From Pristiophorus japonicus (lineage: Eukaryota), in contig NC_091986.1 in NCBI RefSeq assembly GCF_044704955.1, positions 3,410,001 to 3,474,000 of the forward strand: DNA of 64,000 nucleotides, given 5' to 3'. Shown one piece after another: positions 36,426 to 48,510 of the stretch. Each line of letters opens with the position of its first letter. The stretch's first letter is position 1. The position numbers and the translations under genes were made by a program. Below the pieces are notes generated by a model that was not told the DNA's origin, did no database searches, and saw only the letters and a program-made list of their open reading frames with translations.

Positions 36426-36638
36426 GGTAGCATTTGAAACTTCACATCTCCTGTTTGGGCCATCCAAAATCCTGCTTGAATTCCAGGTTCAAAGGAATCC
36501 AAACATTTTTTTATGGATATTATTTAAGTGTGTCTGGTTGCAAGCACAGTAAATCATTCCAACTAGTAGTATCACAGGCTACTGAAGTCTGATAGTGCCT
36601 ACTTACCAGCATTGTCAGCGAGCAATACCGAGTTATAT

Positions 36639-37570
36639 TGGGCCCAAGTCTCAACTGGATTTGCTCCTATTTTTTTGGAGCAACTATTTTTGTTGGCGTA
36701 TCTTAGAAATTGCAATTGTCCACATTTAGATTGCTCCAGCTTCAATGAATTACTTTAATTTCGTTTTAGTTCAGTTTTTTTTTTCCAAAAGGGGCCGTGT
36801 CCAGCCACTTATGCCTGTTTTGCAAGTTTGAACTGCGAAAAGTTACTCCAAACTAACTTAGAACGGAGTAAGTGTCCACTTTTATACGCCACAAAAAACC
36901 TTGTGTAGAGTTAAGAAATCAGCGCAGCTAGCCAGAGATTGGGGGGAGGGGGGGGAAGGTGGGGGGGGGGGGGGGAAAGAGAGCGCACTAAACACATTCA
37001 CTTTTAAAAATAAAGAACCATCATCAATAATAAATGATAAATCAATAAATAAAAAATTGAAAGTTGCTACCTCACCTACTGCAGCACCTACCCGTTCGGG
37101 AGCACTGGGAGCACACACAGCCCTGCTTGCCTGATTAGGGGCCCGCCACCAGGGAAGAGTTTGGGCGGGGCCTGCCGCCGGAGAGGAGCTGGTCGGGGGG
37201 CCCCATCGCGGAGGAGGTTTCGGACGGGCCGGCAAGGAGGCCTCGAGGTAAGGGCAGTGGCGACGAGGCGAGGTGAGGGACGGTGAGGCAGGCAGGCCAC
37301 TCAGCCCAGGATAGGGGCAGCGAACATCGCGACATCCCTTCGGCCAGGGATAGGGTCGCCCGGAGACAAGATGCGCTGGGAGGGCCAGGAGCTATTGCGT
37401 ACGCGCACAGCTGCTGGTAGTCTTTTGGGCGCAGGGCTGCGCCGACTGGGATGGAGGCCTGCAGAAAGTTCAGAATACCGAGGTAATTATCTGGCGCACT
37501 TTTCATTCAACAAACTCGGCGCAAGGCTCGGGGGTGCGCCGTTCTAACCAACAGTTCAAACTTGGGCCCA
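36639..37570. mobile_element. Non-autonomous DNA transposon with 11 bp perfect TIRs
   Basis: TGGGCCCAAGT at 36639-36649 and ACTTGGGCCCA at 37560-37570; non-coding, GC-rich interior. Confidence 0.7.
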
Positions 37571-37677
37571 TAGTGAGCACAACTGTACTTGCACTCATGC
37601 TCAATGCTCTGCTAACTAGCTTCCAGTGAACTGTTAAATGTTAGTGAACAGATTCAAATTGTTTTTTAATTCACATT

Positions 37678-38572
37678 AACAACAACAACTTGCATTTATA
37701 TAGCACCTTTAATGTAGTGAAACGTCCCAAGATGCTTCACAGCAGTGTAATAAGACAAAACAAATACATTTGACACCGAGCCACATAAGAAATTCGGGCA
37801 GATGACCAAAAGCTTGGTCAAAGAAGGAGGTTTTAAAGAGCGTCTTAAAGGAGGAAAGAGAGGTAGAGAGGCGGAGAGGTTTAGGGAGGGAGTTCCAGAG
37901 CTTGGGGCCCAGGCAGCTGAAGACACGGCCACCGATGATTGAGCGATTATAATCAGGGATGCTCAAGAGGGCAGAATTAGAGGAGTGCAGACATCTCGGA
38001 GGGTTGTGGGGCTGGAGGAGATTCATCATCATCATCACAGGCAGTCCCCCAGAATCGAGGAGGATTTGCTTCCACTCTAAAAGTGAGTTCTCAGGTGACT
38101 GAACTGTCCAATACGGGAATTACAGTCTCTGTCACAAGTGGGACAGACAGTGGTTGAGGGAAAGGGTGGGTGGGGAGTCTGGTTTGCCGCACGCTCCTTC
38201 CGCTGCCTGCGTTTGATTTCTGCATGCTCTTGGCGACGAGACTCGAGCTGCTCAGCACACTCCCGGATGCTCTTCCTCCACTTAGGGCAGTCTTGGGCCA
38301 GGGACTCCCAGGTGTCGGTGGGGATTACAACGATAGGGAGGGGGCGAGGCATGGAGGGATTTGTAAACAAGGATGATAATTTTGAAATCTAGGCGTTGCT
38401 TAACCAGGAACCAATGTAGGTCAGCGAGCACAGGGGGTGATGGGTGAGCGGGACTTGGTGCGAGTTCGGACACGGGCTGCCGAGTTTTGGATCGCCTCAA
38501 GTTTACGTCGGGAAGAATGTGGGAGGTCAGACTGGACTGAGTTGGAATCGTCAAGTCTAGCGGTAACAAAGG
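37678..38572 (-). mobile_element. L2 LINE 3' portion interrupted by an RTE
   Basis: GGRVFSCLGPKLWNSLP..FKTLFKT and PVLADLHWFLVKQRLDFKI motifs; (TTG)n tail. Confidence 0.9.
38024..38325 (-). mobile_element. RTE 3'-end fragment nested in the L2
   Basis: IPTDTWESLAQD..CPTCDRDC..SHLRTHF; (TGA)n tail. Confidence 0.92.
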
Positions 38573-39229
38573 AATCTTTTAACCTTTAACATTTAAGTTT
38601 ACAAAGTTGGTTTCAGGTTGGTTGCAGTCAGTGCAAAGCTTCAGCAGGTTCAATGTACCTCCTGGAGGTGAGGTGGAACCCTGAACAGAAGTTAGCAACA
38701 ATTACATCTCACATGCTCTATGCTCCAGATCCAATACCATGTCACAAAGTGTGCGGTATATTTACACAATCAAAAAAAATGAGGTGAGGTCTTTATTCAC
38801 ATACAATTATGGCTGAATTCTAAAACGAAGGACTGTGTTTTTTTTGTACATATAATAGAAAGTGGGTATTGGTCTATAAAACATGGACTATCCAATCAAA
38901 GAATGCCAGTTAACAACCCGACACTTAAATGTTCTGATAACCCGACCTTTTCCATGGTTACTTCTCAAGACTCTGCTCCATACATTACAATGAATTAAGT
39001 GCTGAATTTTGTGGCTTCTCATAATAAACACCACCTGTACTGCCTACTCATTTAAAAGGGCGTTGCCTTCAGGCAAGAGCATTTGGAAAAACTTTTCTTT
39101 GGGACAAATAAATCAACTTGTATGTCATCTTTATCATATCAACAATAAGTGGTTATGCATTAGATTGCTGAGTTATGAATTTGTAAATAAATGAAAAAAA
39201 ATTTTCCAAACACATTTTTAAAGAAGTCA

Positions 39230-40420
39230 GTCGTTATCGAATAAAATTTGACATCGAGCCACATTGGGCAATATTACAGCAGATGACCAAAAGTTTAGTC
39301 AAAGAAGTAGGAGCATTTTAAAGGAGGAAAGAGAGGTAGAGAGGCGGAGAGGTTTAGGGAGGGAGTTCCAGAGCTTGGGCCCAGGTAGCTGAAGGCACGG
39401 CCACCGATGGAGCAACGATTAAAATCATGGATGCTCAGACCAGAATTAGAGGTGTGCAGACATCTCGGGGGGTTGTGGGGCTGGAGGAGATTACAGAGAT
39501 AGGAAGGGGTGAGGACCATGGAGGGATTTGAACACAAGGATGGGAATTTAAAAATCGAGGTGTTCCTTAACCTGAAGCCAATGTAGGTCAGCCAGCACAG
39601 GGGTAATGGGTGAGTGGGACTTGGTGCGAGTTAGGATAGGGGCAGCCGAGTTTTGGAGGACCTCAAGTTTACGGAGAGTAGAACTAGGCAGGTCAACCAG
39701 GAGTGCGTTAGAACAGTCAAGTCTAGAGGTAACAAAGACATGGATGAGGGTTTCAGCAGCAGATGAGCTGAGGCAGAGGCGGAGGCGGGTGATATTCGGG
39801 AGGGGGAACTAGGCGGTCTTAGTTATGGCATGGATACGTGATAGGAAGCGCATCTCGAGGTCAAATATGACACCAAGTTTGTGAACAGTCTGGTTCACCC
39901 TCAGACCGATGTCGGAGATGGAGTCAGTGATTAGGGAACACAGTTTGTGGAGAGACCAAAGACAATGACTTCAGGCTTCCCAAGATTTAGTTGGAGAAAG
40001 TTTCTGCTCATCCAGTACTGGATGTCGGACAAGCAGTTTGACAATTTAGAGACCATGGAGGGGTCGAGAGAAGTGGTGGAGAGGTAGAGCTGGGTGTTGT
40101 CAGTGTACATGTGGAAACTGACTCCGTGTTTTCGGATGATATCTCCAAGGAGCAACATGCAGATGAGAAATAGGAGGGGCCAAGGACAGACACCAGAGAT
40201 AACGATGCGGGAGCGGGAAGAGAAGCCGTTGCAGTTGATTTTCTGGCTACGATTAGAGAGATAAGACTGGAACCAGTCCCACCCAGCTGGACAACGGTGG
40301 AGAGGCGTTGGAGCAGAATTGTGTGGTCAACCCTGTCAAAGGCCGCAGACAGATCGAAAAGGACTGACTTTTATCACGGTTAAACTAGTATGTATTTTGT
40401 AACTTTGGTAAGAGCCAACT
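39230..40420 (-). mobile_element. L2 LINE RT/3' fragment
   Basis: LGDIIRKHGVSFHMYTDNTQLY (decayed YADDTQLY); SIGGRAFSYLGP. Confidence 0.9.
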
Positions 40421-41301
40421 GAGGGTGTGGTTGTCATTCCTGGTACGTCACTACGTTTCATAGTGGTAGCTCATTTCTTAAATTTAATACTACATTTTTT
40501 TAAAATGAAAGGTCGATATCACGTGCAATGCCTCCCTTTCAATGTGCCCGGCGCAGATCCAAAGGCCAAAGGTTTGGCCTTAAATCGTTAGCGCAGCAAA
40601 AACATACATTTTCACTTATCGCTTGCGTTTTCGCCCAAAAAAAAACAAAACCCGAAATCCAGCCCCTTGAAAGTTGATGGTGCAGCAGAATACGTCAATT
40701 CACGGATCCCATTCTCCCAGCAGGGAGTGACGTTGAAAGGGAGTGTGGGCTAGAGGAATGACTGTTGCTCCTATCTCGGATCGGTTTTCTCCTCAAGCAA
40801 TGCGCTGGTGAATTTACCCCATAGTATCTCCTGCAATGCATTAGACATGAGCACCAAGCAAGTTTTTGCAGCTGGCAGTTCTGGCTTTTTCGAAGAACAG
40901 AGCCCGCCCACCTGAAGAGATTACATCTTAAAAAGCAGAAAATACCAAGAGATAGCCATATTTTCCAATTGAGCGAAGTAATCTTTGCCTGATCTCAAAA
41001 TGCAACCTTTCCTCCATGTTTAATGACATGCAACAAGCAGTTCTAATAAATTAAACATCTGCTTCCTATTAAAATCAAAACAGCACACAACCACGTTTCT
41101 TGCTGCCAATTTGCAAAAGACTCCAGCAGGACATGGCAGTTTAATGAAATTATTTGAATTGTGATTTTCAAGGATTTTTACTCCATTGACAGTGTTCAAC
41201 AAGGCTCAGTACATGCGTGTTGTAATGAGATTAAGGGATAGAAATTCAGCTTGGGTGGCAATGCAAAGCAGCACGGTATTGTATCAGCTATTTGTTATAT
41301 A

Positions 41302-41668
41302 GGACCCCGGCAAGAGACTGTTGAGGGATGTGATCAGGGCCCAGGGGAGGTGTGAGTTCAGGGCCCAGGGGCCCAGGGGCAACACGGACCAGCCCACATT
41401 GCGCTATGTGTGCGCATTAGGTCCGTGCAGCAGAGCTGATCTCCAGTCGTCTTGGTTAACCCTTGCCACTGGACCAAGACCTAGCTCTGTCAAGCCCGTG
41501 TAGTGGCTGGTGTGCAACGGTCACCCCATGTTAAAAAAATCCACCCACAGGCATCTTCCACCCTTCAGGATGTAGTTCGGGTCTTTCATTGAAACACCTG
41601 TGTACTCATCCTTTTTGGTGTGGAAGCAAGTCATCCTCAATTCAAGCGACCGACTATGATGATGATGA
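41302..41668 (+). mobile_element. Non-autonomous RTE-tailed retroposon, 5'-truncated copy 3
   Basis: Same body as the other copies; GTGGAAGCAAGTCATCCTC...(ATG)n tail. Confidence 0.82.
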
Positions 41669-41920
41669 GGGCCCTGGTGAGACCGCACCTGGAGTATTGT
41701 GTACAGTTTTAGTCTGCTTACCGAAGGAAGGATATACTTGCCACAGAGGGACTGCAACAAAGGTTCACCAGACTGATTCCTGGGATGGGGGGGATTGTCC
41801 TATGAGGAGAGATTGAGTAGACTATGCCTATATTCTCTAGAGTTTAGAAGAATGAGAGGTGATCTCATTGAAACATACACAATTCTTACAGGGCTCGACA
41901 GGGTAGATGCAGGGAAGATG
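41669..41920 (+). mobile_element. CR1 ORF2 internal fragment
   Basis: [25 protein letters not shown]. Confidence 0.85.
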
Positions 41921-42362
41921 GGATCATGATCCCATGTGGCAACTTCTGCCTGCAGCTGACCAACCTTATTTGCTGCACTCTGCGCATATACGCACATGCA
42001 CACCAAGCCCGCCTTAGTCTGCCTTGTATTTCTTTCCTGTCTGATCTCCTTTATTTCTGAACAATTCTTTCCTTTAGTCTGATCTGTCTCTCCCAATCCG
42101 CTGTGCACCTTGGTTTCGCCTCCCCTACTTTCCCCTCCTCCTGCCAACAGCACTCGTTAACCTCCCAGCCTGCGAGGATATTGGTCCCAGTTCTGTTCAG
42201 ATGCAACTGTACAAGTCCTTCCTGCCCCAGAACTGATCCCAATGCCCCAGCAATCTGAAGCCCTCCTTCCCTCCTGCACCATCTCTCCAGCCACGCATTA
42301 ACCTGCCTTACCTTACTGCTCCAATACTCACTGCTGCATGGCACTGGGAGTAATCCAGATAT
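41921..42362 (-). mobile_element. CR1 ORF1/ORF2 junction fragment (older)
   Basis: ISGLLPVP..VNAWLERWCRREG (ORF1 esterase) and CVYAQSAANKVGQLQAEVATWDHD (ORF2 start). Confidence 0.8.
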
Positions 42363-42364
42363 TC

Positions 42365-43530
42365 TGGGGTGTGAAAACGGCAGCCCCTGAAAATGGGCCC
42401 GCGAGGATTGCGGTACACGGTTAAACCATACCCGCTTCATTGAGTTGCAGGCAGCAGAGTAAATTTGTGCTGCCCGTTATCTTACGATTGCCGTGCGCAG
42501 CCAGCACTATCCACGCTGTAGTTTGTTGCACCCATCAGCAGGGGGACGGATATCTCGGGTAGCTCGTGCGACTTAAAGGCAGACTGCACCTGTTAAAGCG
42601 GAGGTGCATTGTGGCTGCAAAATGTGGTGGGAGTCATTTGAAAACTGAATCTATGCTCGGACACTTTGAGCAATGGCTGAACATGCGAGAGAGCGTGCAG
42701 ACACTGCAATGAAGGTCTTGGTGGAAGGAAAAAAAGGTGAGATATCCTGTATCCACAGGCGAGGTGCTGGAGGCCCTCCTGACACATGCTCAGGAGACAC
42801 TGGGAATAAATATCAACGGAGGTCAATGTCTTGAGTGTTGCTCCAAGGAGGTGTGTGCCGTGCAGGAAGAGGTTTAATGATCTCATAGATGAGTTGTCAC
42901 GGTCATCTTCAAATGGCATATCCTACCAACTGCACCCCCAGCCTCATCCACTGCTCAATTCACCAAACACCCACCCTCCAACAATCGCCATCACAGCGCT
43001 CAACCCTACAATTCAAATGCTTTACCTCACCCTCACACACATAGCACTGTTGCAAACCTCACACCCACAACTCACAGCTTGCACACACTGGCAGCTATTC
43101 AACCATGAAAGCCACATCACCCAAACATACTTGTAGGAGAAGGTGACACACGACGGCAGGCACCAGCACAGAACTGCAAGCGGACAAGCGGGTCTGCATC
43201 TTGAAACCCGAATGGAGGAAACAATGCTGGCCGTTGTGAGAAGCAGCATTGAGGAGGCTGTGGCCCCTGGCGGTGCTGAAGCAATTGATGAGAATATCAG
43301 CATACCGAATCCTCCTTCTCCCTCAATCTCTTCTGACTGAGGCACTCTCACTTTCCCCAACCCTTGTCCCTTTTTCATTTCAAACACCCAAGAACTGGAA
43401 GCTGCTCAGTCAGTGGGGGAAGAGGAAGCAGACATTGATGGTGAGGAGACACCATCACTCGATCTCACACTTGCAGCCACCAGCTCAGAGACTGACACTG
43501 CATGTACTTTAGAGGCTAGGACACTAGGAC
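42365..43530 (+). mobile_element. PIF/Harbinger relic with a decayed Myb/SANT-like gene
   Basis: ATG at ~42673 (MAEHARERA); EVNVLSVAPR..CRKRFNDL; second exon EKVTHD..RTASG after TTGTAG at 43137. Confidence 0.7.
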
Positions 43531-43589
43531 GGACGGACGCACACACCCCTCAGATGAGGACTGCAATGGGCCAGGTACAGAAGGCGGCC

Positions 43590-43714
43590 CCCATCACCCT
43601 CTCCATTTGCCTCACACCATCATCCCTTTTGTCTCTTAATCTCTTCTGCCTTCCGCCCTATCACAGACCTTCCCTTTTGTTCTTTCCTCCCCTCCCCCAC
43701 CCCTGCCCCTACAC
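43590..43714 (+). mobile_element. Penelope-like 3' UTR fragment
   Basis: Matches the reverse complement of ~49900-50020 (CTATCACAGACCTT..CACTTGCTTAAAA). Confidence 0.65.
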
Positions 43715-43727
43715 TTGCTTAAAAGGC

Positions 43728-43980
43728 TTAGTCATGGGCATCTTGCTGGAGGCTTCCCTTGGTCTGCAGGAGGCCAGGCAGAGCAGCACCAGCTGCTGCA
43801 GGAGAAGGGGACAGGAGGTGGACTCCTCCCCCAATGTGGGTACAGGACATCGCTCCTCTGGACCCCCTCCACCAGGACCTCCAGTGCCGTGTCCGAGACC
43901 CTGTGCGCCCTCTCCCTCGTTCCCTGAGCCACCCTGAAACCTGTCGCTGAGTGTCAGCCAGCCCACTGTACGCCTTCATT
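43728..43980 (-). mobile_element. Harbinger internal-deletion derivative (partial), sister of 45104-46101
   Basis: MAQGTRERAHRVSDTALEVLVEGVQR..VLYP on the minus strand; near match to 45340-45615. Confidence 0.65.
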
Positions 43981-44289
43981 GGAATTGGGTGTGTGGAACC
44001 ATTGTCTGGTTGCAGAAACGCCTGTCTGTTGAATCCTCGATGACCAGTGCATTTCTACACTGGGTTGTGCTTTCGTGTGCACTCATTGGCCCCACGGTGC
44101 CATGGATGTGCTTGTGGACATTAACCAACAAAAAAAATCTCCGATCCTGTTGACAAAAGTTGTAACGAGATGTTAAATTGTAGTTTACTGGTTTGTTTAT
44201 TAATTAATGCCAATTGCCAAAAGTGCAAAAATGAAAGTAAATATGTCCAGAACACAAAAGGCACTTCTTTCAAACAAAAGCGAATTGAA

Positions 44290-44402
44290 GCTATGCCACA
44301 TTACAACAGTGACTGCACTCCAAAAGTACTTCATTGGCTGTGAAGCGCTTTGAGACATCCTGTGGTCGTGAAAGGCACCATATAAATGTAAGTCTTTCTT
44401 TC
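44290..44402 (+). mobile_element. Deu-domain SINE 3' fragment
   Basis: CATTACAACAGTGACTGCACTCCAAAAGTACTTCATTGGCTGTGAAGCGCTTTG..ATAAATGTAAGTCTTTCTTT. Confidence 0.85.
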
Positions 44403-45103
44403 CATGCCAAATTATTTCTTTGTCGGACAACTGCAATTATTAAATGGAATTTTAAAAAGTAAAGCAAAACCGATCAAGATTGCTTTTGTTAATGTTGGAA
44501 TTGCAGAGACACAGAAGATGCTTTGCTCACAGAATTTTCCACCGAGCTTGTCCTGCAGAAGAAGCCAAAGGAAAAAGCAAAAGTAATAAGTCATTCTGCT
44601 CCTCCTCGGAGTAAGTCACCATCCCGGAAAGTCTTTTGTTCCCAATGCTTTCAGGTCAGTTAGAGAATGAATGCAATCCAAACAGACCGATAATTAGTTA
44701 ACAGGCTCTTCGTTAAATGTGCCTTTGGGAAAATTCATTTGCAACAAGTCTTGACCTTGGCATCTTTGGGAGAAGGAACATAATAGGATATGGAAACTAT
44801 TCAAGCCCGGGCTCAGTGTGTCTATGAAGCTAAAGGAGTGACTCTCCGGAGATGGTCTTAATGAGACAACTGAAAGGCTCTCCAACCCTGTGAAGCTCAG
44901 CCGCATTCTATTTATGCAGCTCTATATTTCTGACACCACCATGTGTGGGAAGAGAAAAAAGACCCTCTCCATCTCCAATAACAATTTGCAGCATTCCTGT
45001 TCTCTGCATCACCCACACCGCATTAGCATCCTAATCTGAAGCTGTCAAAATTGAAACATCCAGAACATACTTTCTGCACACAAGTACCTGTCACTTTATG
45101 TAT

Positions 45104-46101
45104 GGAGGGATATTTTGGGCAAAGGGTGAAAACCAGTGCTAAATCGGTGCTGTGCTAAGACACGTCTGCTTGAAAGTCTGGATTTAGCACTCAACTTTGG
45201 TTTTAATTGTTAATTACCCTAATTTGAACTTGCCTGGAGGGCTAAAGCCGACAGCTGCAGGTTCAGCTCCCCAGTGCTGCAGTATATGTGGGAGCCCCGC
45301 GCACATTTCTACTGAAGGTGTGGAGGGCTCGGGCTGGCAGATGGCTCAGGGACGGAGGGCGAGGGCGCACAGGGTCTCGGACACGGCACTGGGGGTCCTG
45401 GTGGAGGAGGTCCAGAGGGGGAGGGATGTCCTGTACCCACAGGGGGGGGGGGGGGGGGGGGGAGGGGGGAGGGGTGAAATGATGCCCCACCTCGCCCTCC
45501 TGTCCCTCTCTCCTGCAGCAGCTGGTGCTGCTCTGCCTGTCGCTGCTCTGCCTGTCCTCCTCCCATTCCTCCCGCACACCAAGGGGGAGCCCGAGCAAGA
45601 TTCCCACGACCAAGCGCTCCCTCGCTCCTGGTGACTCCTAGAATGTGGAGTAGCACACCACGTCCTCTTTTTAGGTGAAGCCCTCAGAGAATTTCTGGAA
45701 TAAATGTTGTTATAATGTTGGTGAAATCTTGACAAAGTGTCCGAGAAAATCTTCCATTGTGTTTCAGAGGTCCTCTTCACAGCTCCAGCAGCAGGTGAGC
45801 TTGAAATGATGCGTACCCCTTTAAGTAGCGCTTGTAATCCACATCAATGCTGTGTTTACTCGCTGGTCGCTGTTAGGACAAGAGCTAGACACCAGAAATG
45901 CCACTCGGCCTCCTCAATAAGCGCTATCAGGCATTTTAACCGGCAATCAACCCCTTAACCATCCTGTGGGCAGCCGTTCCTCTCTCACGATTCAACTCCA
46001 ATGCACCAAATCCGGTCTAACTCAGTGTTTCAGCTCAAGTCCCTTCTTTGGCCACCTCGTAGAATCGTTAGCACCTGAACACGCTGACAAGAATCGTCCT
46101 C
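45104..46101 (+). mobile_element. Harbinger non-autonomous element (~1 kb)
   Basis: MAQGRRARAHRVSDTALGVLVEEVQR.RDVLYP (Myb ORF start); opposite-strand LGLPLGVREE; weak TIRs; TATG on both flanks. Confidence 0.6.
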
Positions 46102-46483
46102 TATGAATTTTACATTTTATTTAAAAATAAATGTTTCCTCTTGATTTCAATTCAATTCAAGAGCCATTCCTCATCCATTTCCTCCCAAATGTTCATATTC
46201 ACGGAGATGGCAAATAACACTGTGCAAATAACGGCGTGCAAATGTGTGTACATAATTGCGATATTGAACAAACATGAAATATTGGTCAGGTGGCAACCTG
46301 GGCCGGTAGATAAACAAATTTCATGTAAGTGAACAAACTGGAGCAAATACGGACATATTTACTTTGAAGATTTTTAGGTGTACCTGAGAGAAGTATTCTT
46401 GTCACTATTATTAAGCTCAAAGCTGTAATATCTCTATATTCCAAGGCGTTCTACATCAAACATTCAGGAGTAAGATGTGCCTA

Positions 46484-46885
46484 AAGAACATAAGAAATAG
46501 GAGCAGGAGTCGGCCGTTTGGCCCCTCGAGCCTGCCCCGCCATTCAATAAGACCATGGCTGATCCGATCATCGATTCAGCTCCACTTCCCCGCCCGCTCC
46601 CCATAACCCTTGACTCCCTTATTGTTCAAAAATCTGTCTATCTCCACTTTAAATATATTCAATGACCCAGCCTCCACAGCTCTCTGGACAGAGAATTCCA
46701 CAGATTCACAACCCTCAGAGAAAAAATTCCTCCTCATTTCCATTATAAAGGGGCGACCCCTTATTCTGAAACTATGCCCCCTAGTTCTAGATTCCCCCAG
46801 GAGGGGAAACATCCTCTCTGCTTCTACCCTGTCAAGCCCTCTCAGAATCTTATACATTTCAATAGGATCACCTCTCATTCTTCTA
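46484..46885 (-). mobile_element. CR1 3'-end fragment
   Basis: ORF 46576-46878(-) plus tail. Confidence 0.92.
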
Positions 46886-47554
46886 ATATATCTGTTTAAT
46901 GTAATGCCATTACTTTATACCTCAGCAACCCCTAATTAGTTTGGACAAACTGAATCCACATTAAAGCAATGATGACTTATAACTGAATATTAGGCTGAAA
47001 ATAGTGATATTTTATTGTTAAAAATTCCAGTTAGTATCGATTCCTATTATGTTTCATGCACGAATAAGTTAAAAGCCCACTGAAAGTGACCTGCTCTTTG
47101 TAGATGCTTCACTGTGCCAAATTCTGCACTCATAAAAATAATGACTAATTGGATCTCAAACCCCTTAAAGGTCCACAATAGATTAACTGGGATTCACTGA
47201 ACCAACAACCAACAACCAGCTAAAAGTATATCACATTAGTTTCCAGCAGAGCAGTATACTTTCCACACACATAGACGTGGTGAGCAGATTGTGGCAGAGC
47301 AACATCACGCCCATATTCCAGGCAGTATGAGACGGATACACTGGACAGGGCGGTTTTCTTCTGTGCTGCAAGATTCTGTCAGATTCTACGATATGAAGGA
47401 TTCACTTTAACACCAGTCACGCCAAATGATCTGCACAGACGGACAAGCTGGATAAGGGATTTGCCAGATCAGAAATAAAAGAATTATTTCATTTTTTTTT
47501 TAAAAAGAGCACATTATATTATTTTACGTGTTCACCTAATGGCTCAGCACGTAA

Positions 47555-47780
47555 ATCCACAATGTAACAGAATGTCCAAGGTTCAATTTGCAATCTGTAT
47601 CAAGTGAACTGATCGCAACTGGGAGGGCAGTAATGAATGATATAACTGGCAGTTGTTCCCTGCAGGATAGAACGAGCTGAATGTGCTCCAGATTATCCAG
47701 TGCACCTTGCTGTAACGTGTGTGTATACAATAGATGAGGGCAACATTGGATTCAGTCGCACTGCTTCCATGATAGTGTGT
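47555..47780 (+). mobile_element. Old tRNA-derived SINE remnant
   Basis: TGGCTCAGC (box A-like) ... CAAGGTTCAAT (box B-like) ... GAACTGATC. Confidence 0.4.
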
Positions 47781-48510
47781 GATGTTAACCTACTCTATCC
47801 ACCATCAGATACAAGGGTAAATTCAGCAATCCCACAATTCTTGGAGGGAGCCAAGCTCAAAGAGGGCAGGTTGGAGAACCAAGACTGCATTTTACTCCAT
47901 AAAGAACAGTCACTTGGGCACGATATAGAGAATGGGGAAACATATTTGGAAAAAAGAATCAAGAATCATTTATACTTTGTTTCACAAATCATCATATGTC
48001 AAATATACAAAACACAGTGGACATCTTTAGATATGGACAGCAATCCTAATGGAACCCAAATGAAATAAAACCACCTCCACAAGAACCATAGCACAGCAAG
48101 ATAAACCCAGATACATGAAAGTGATCTCAAGGAATCAGGAAACAAGCAGTCAGATACAGTTCAAGTTGTACCTTCACAGTGCATAATGTTATTGGAATCT
48201 CCCAGGTCCCCATTGTTCTCGTTGTGTGACAAAATACAGCAAATAGAAGAGAACACAAACTACAAAGATAATATTGGCCTCCAAAGTTGGCTGGTCAGAC
48301 CAAACTATGTTTTAATTCCAGGCACCATGCTGCAGCAAGGATACACATGCATTGGAGAAGGTGCAGAGAACGGAGGTAAGAATTAGCCCAAGTGTAAAGC
48401 TTAAAGAAACGCTCTACAGTCCAGAGAGAAGGTTAAGCAAAGTCTCATCAAAGTATATCAAGATTAAACTATAGAATATTACTTTAATGCAAGTCCCACC
48501 ATTGGGAAAA

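Noticed and set aside
41430-41520. Twister or HDV-like ribozyme in the RTE-tailed element
   Set aside because: TAAC..GCC and CAAGCCCG resemble twister, and GCAGAGC/GCTCTGT resembles HDV P1, but the other required helices and pseudoknot partners could not be placed
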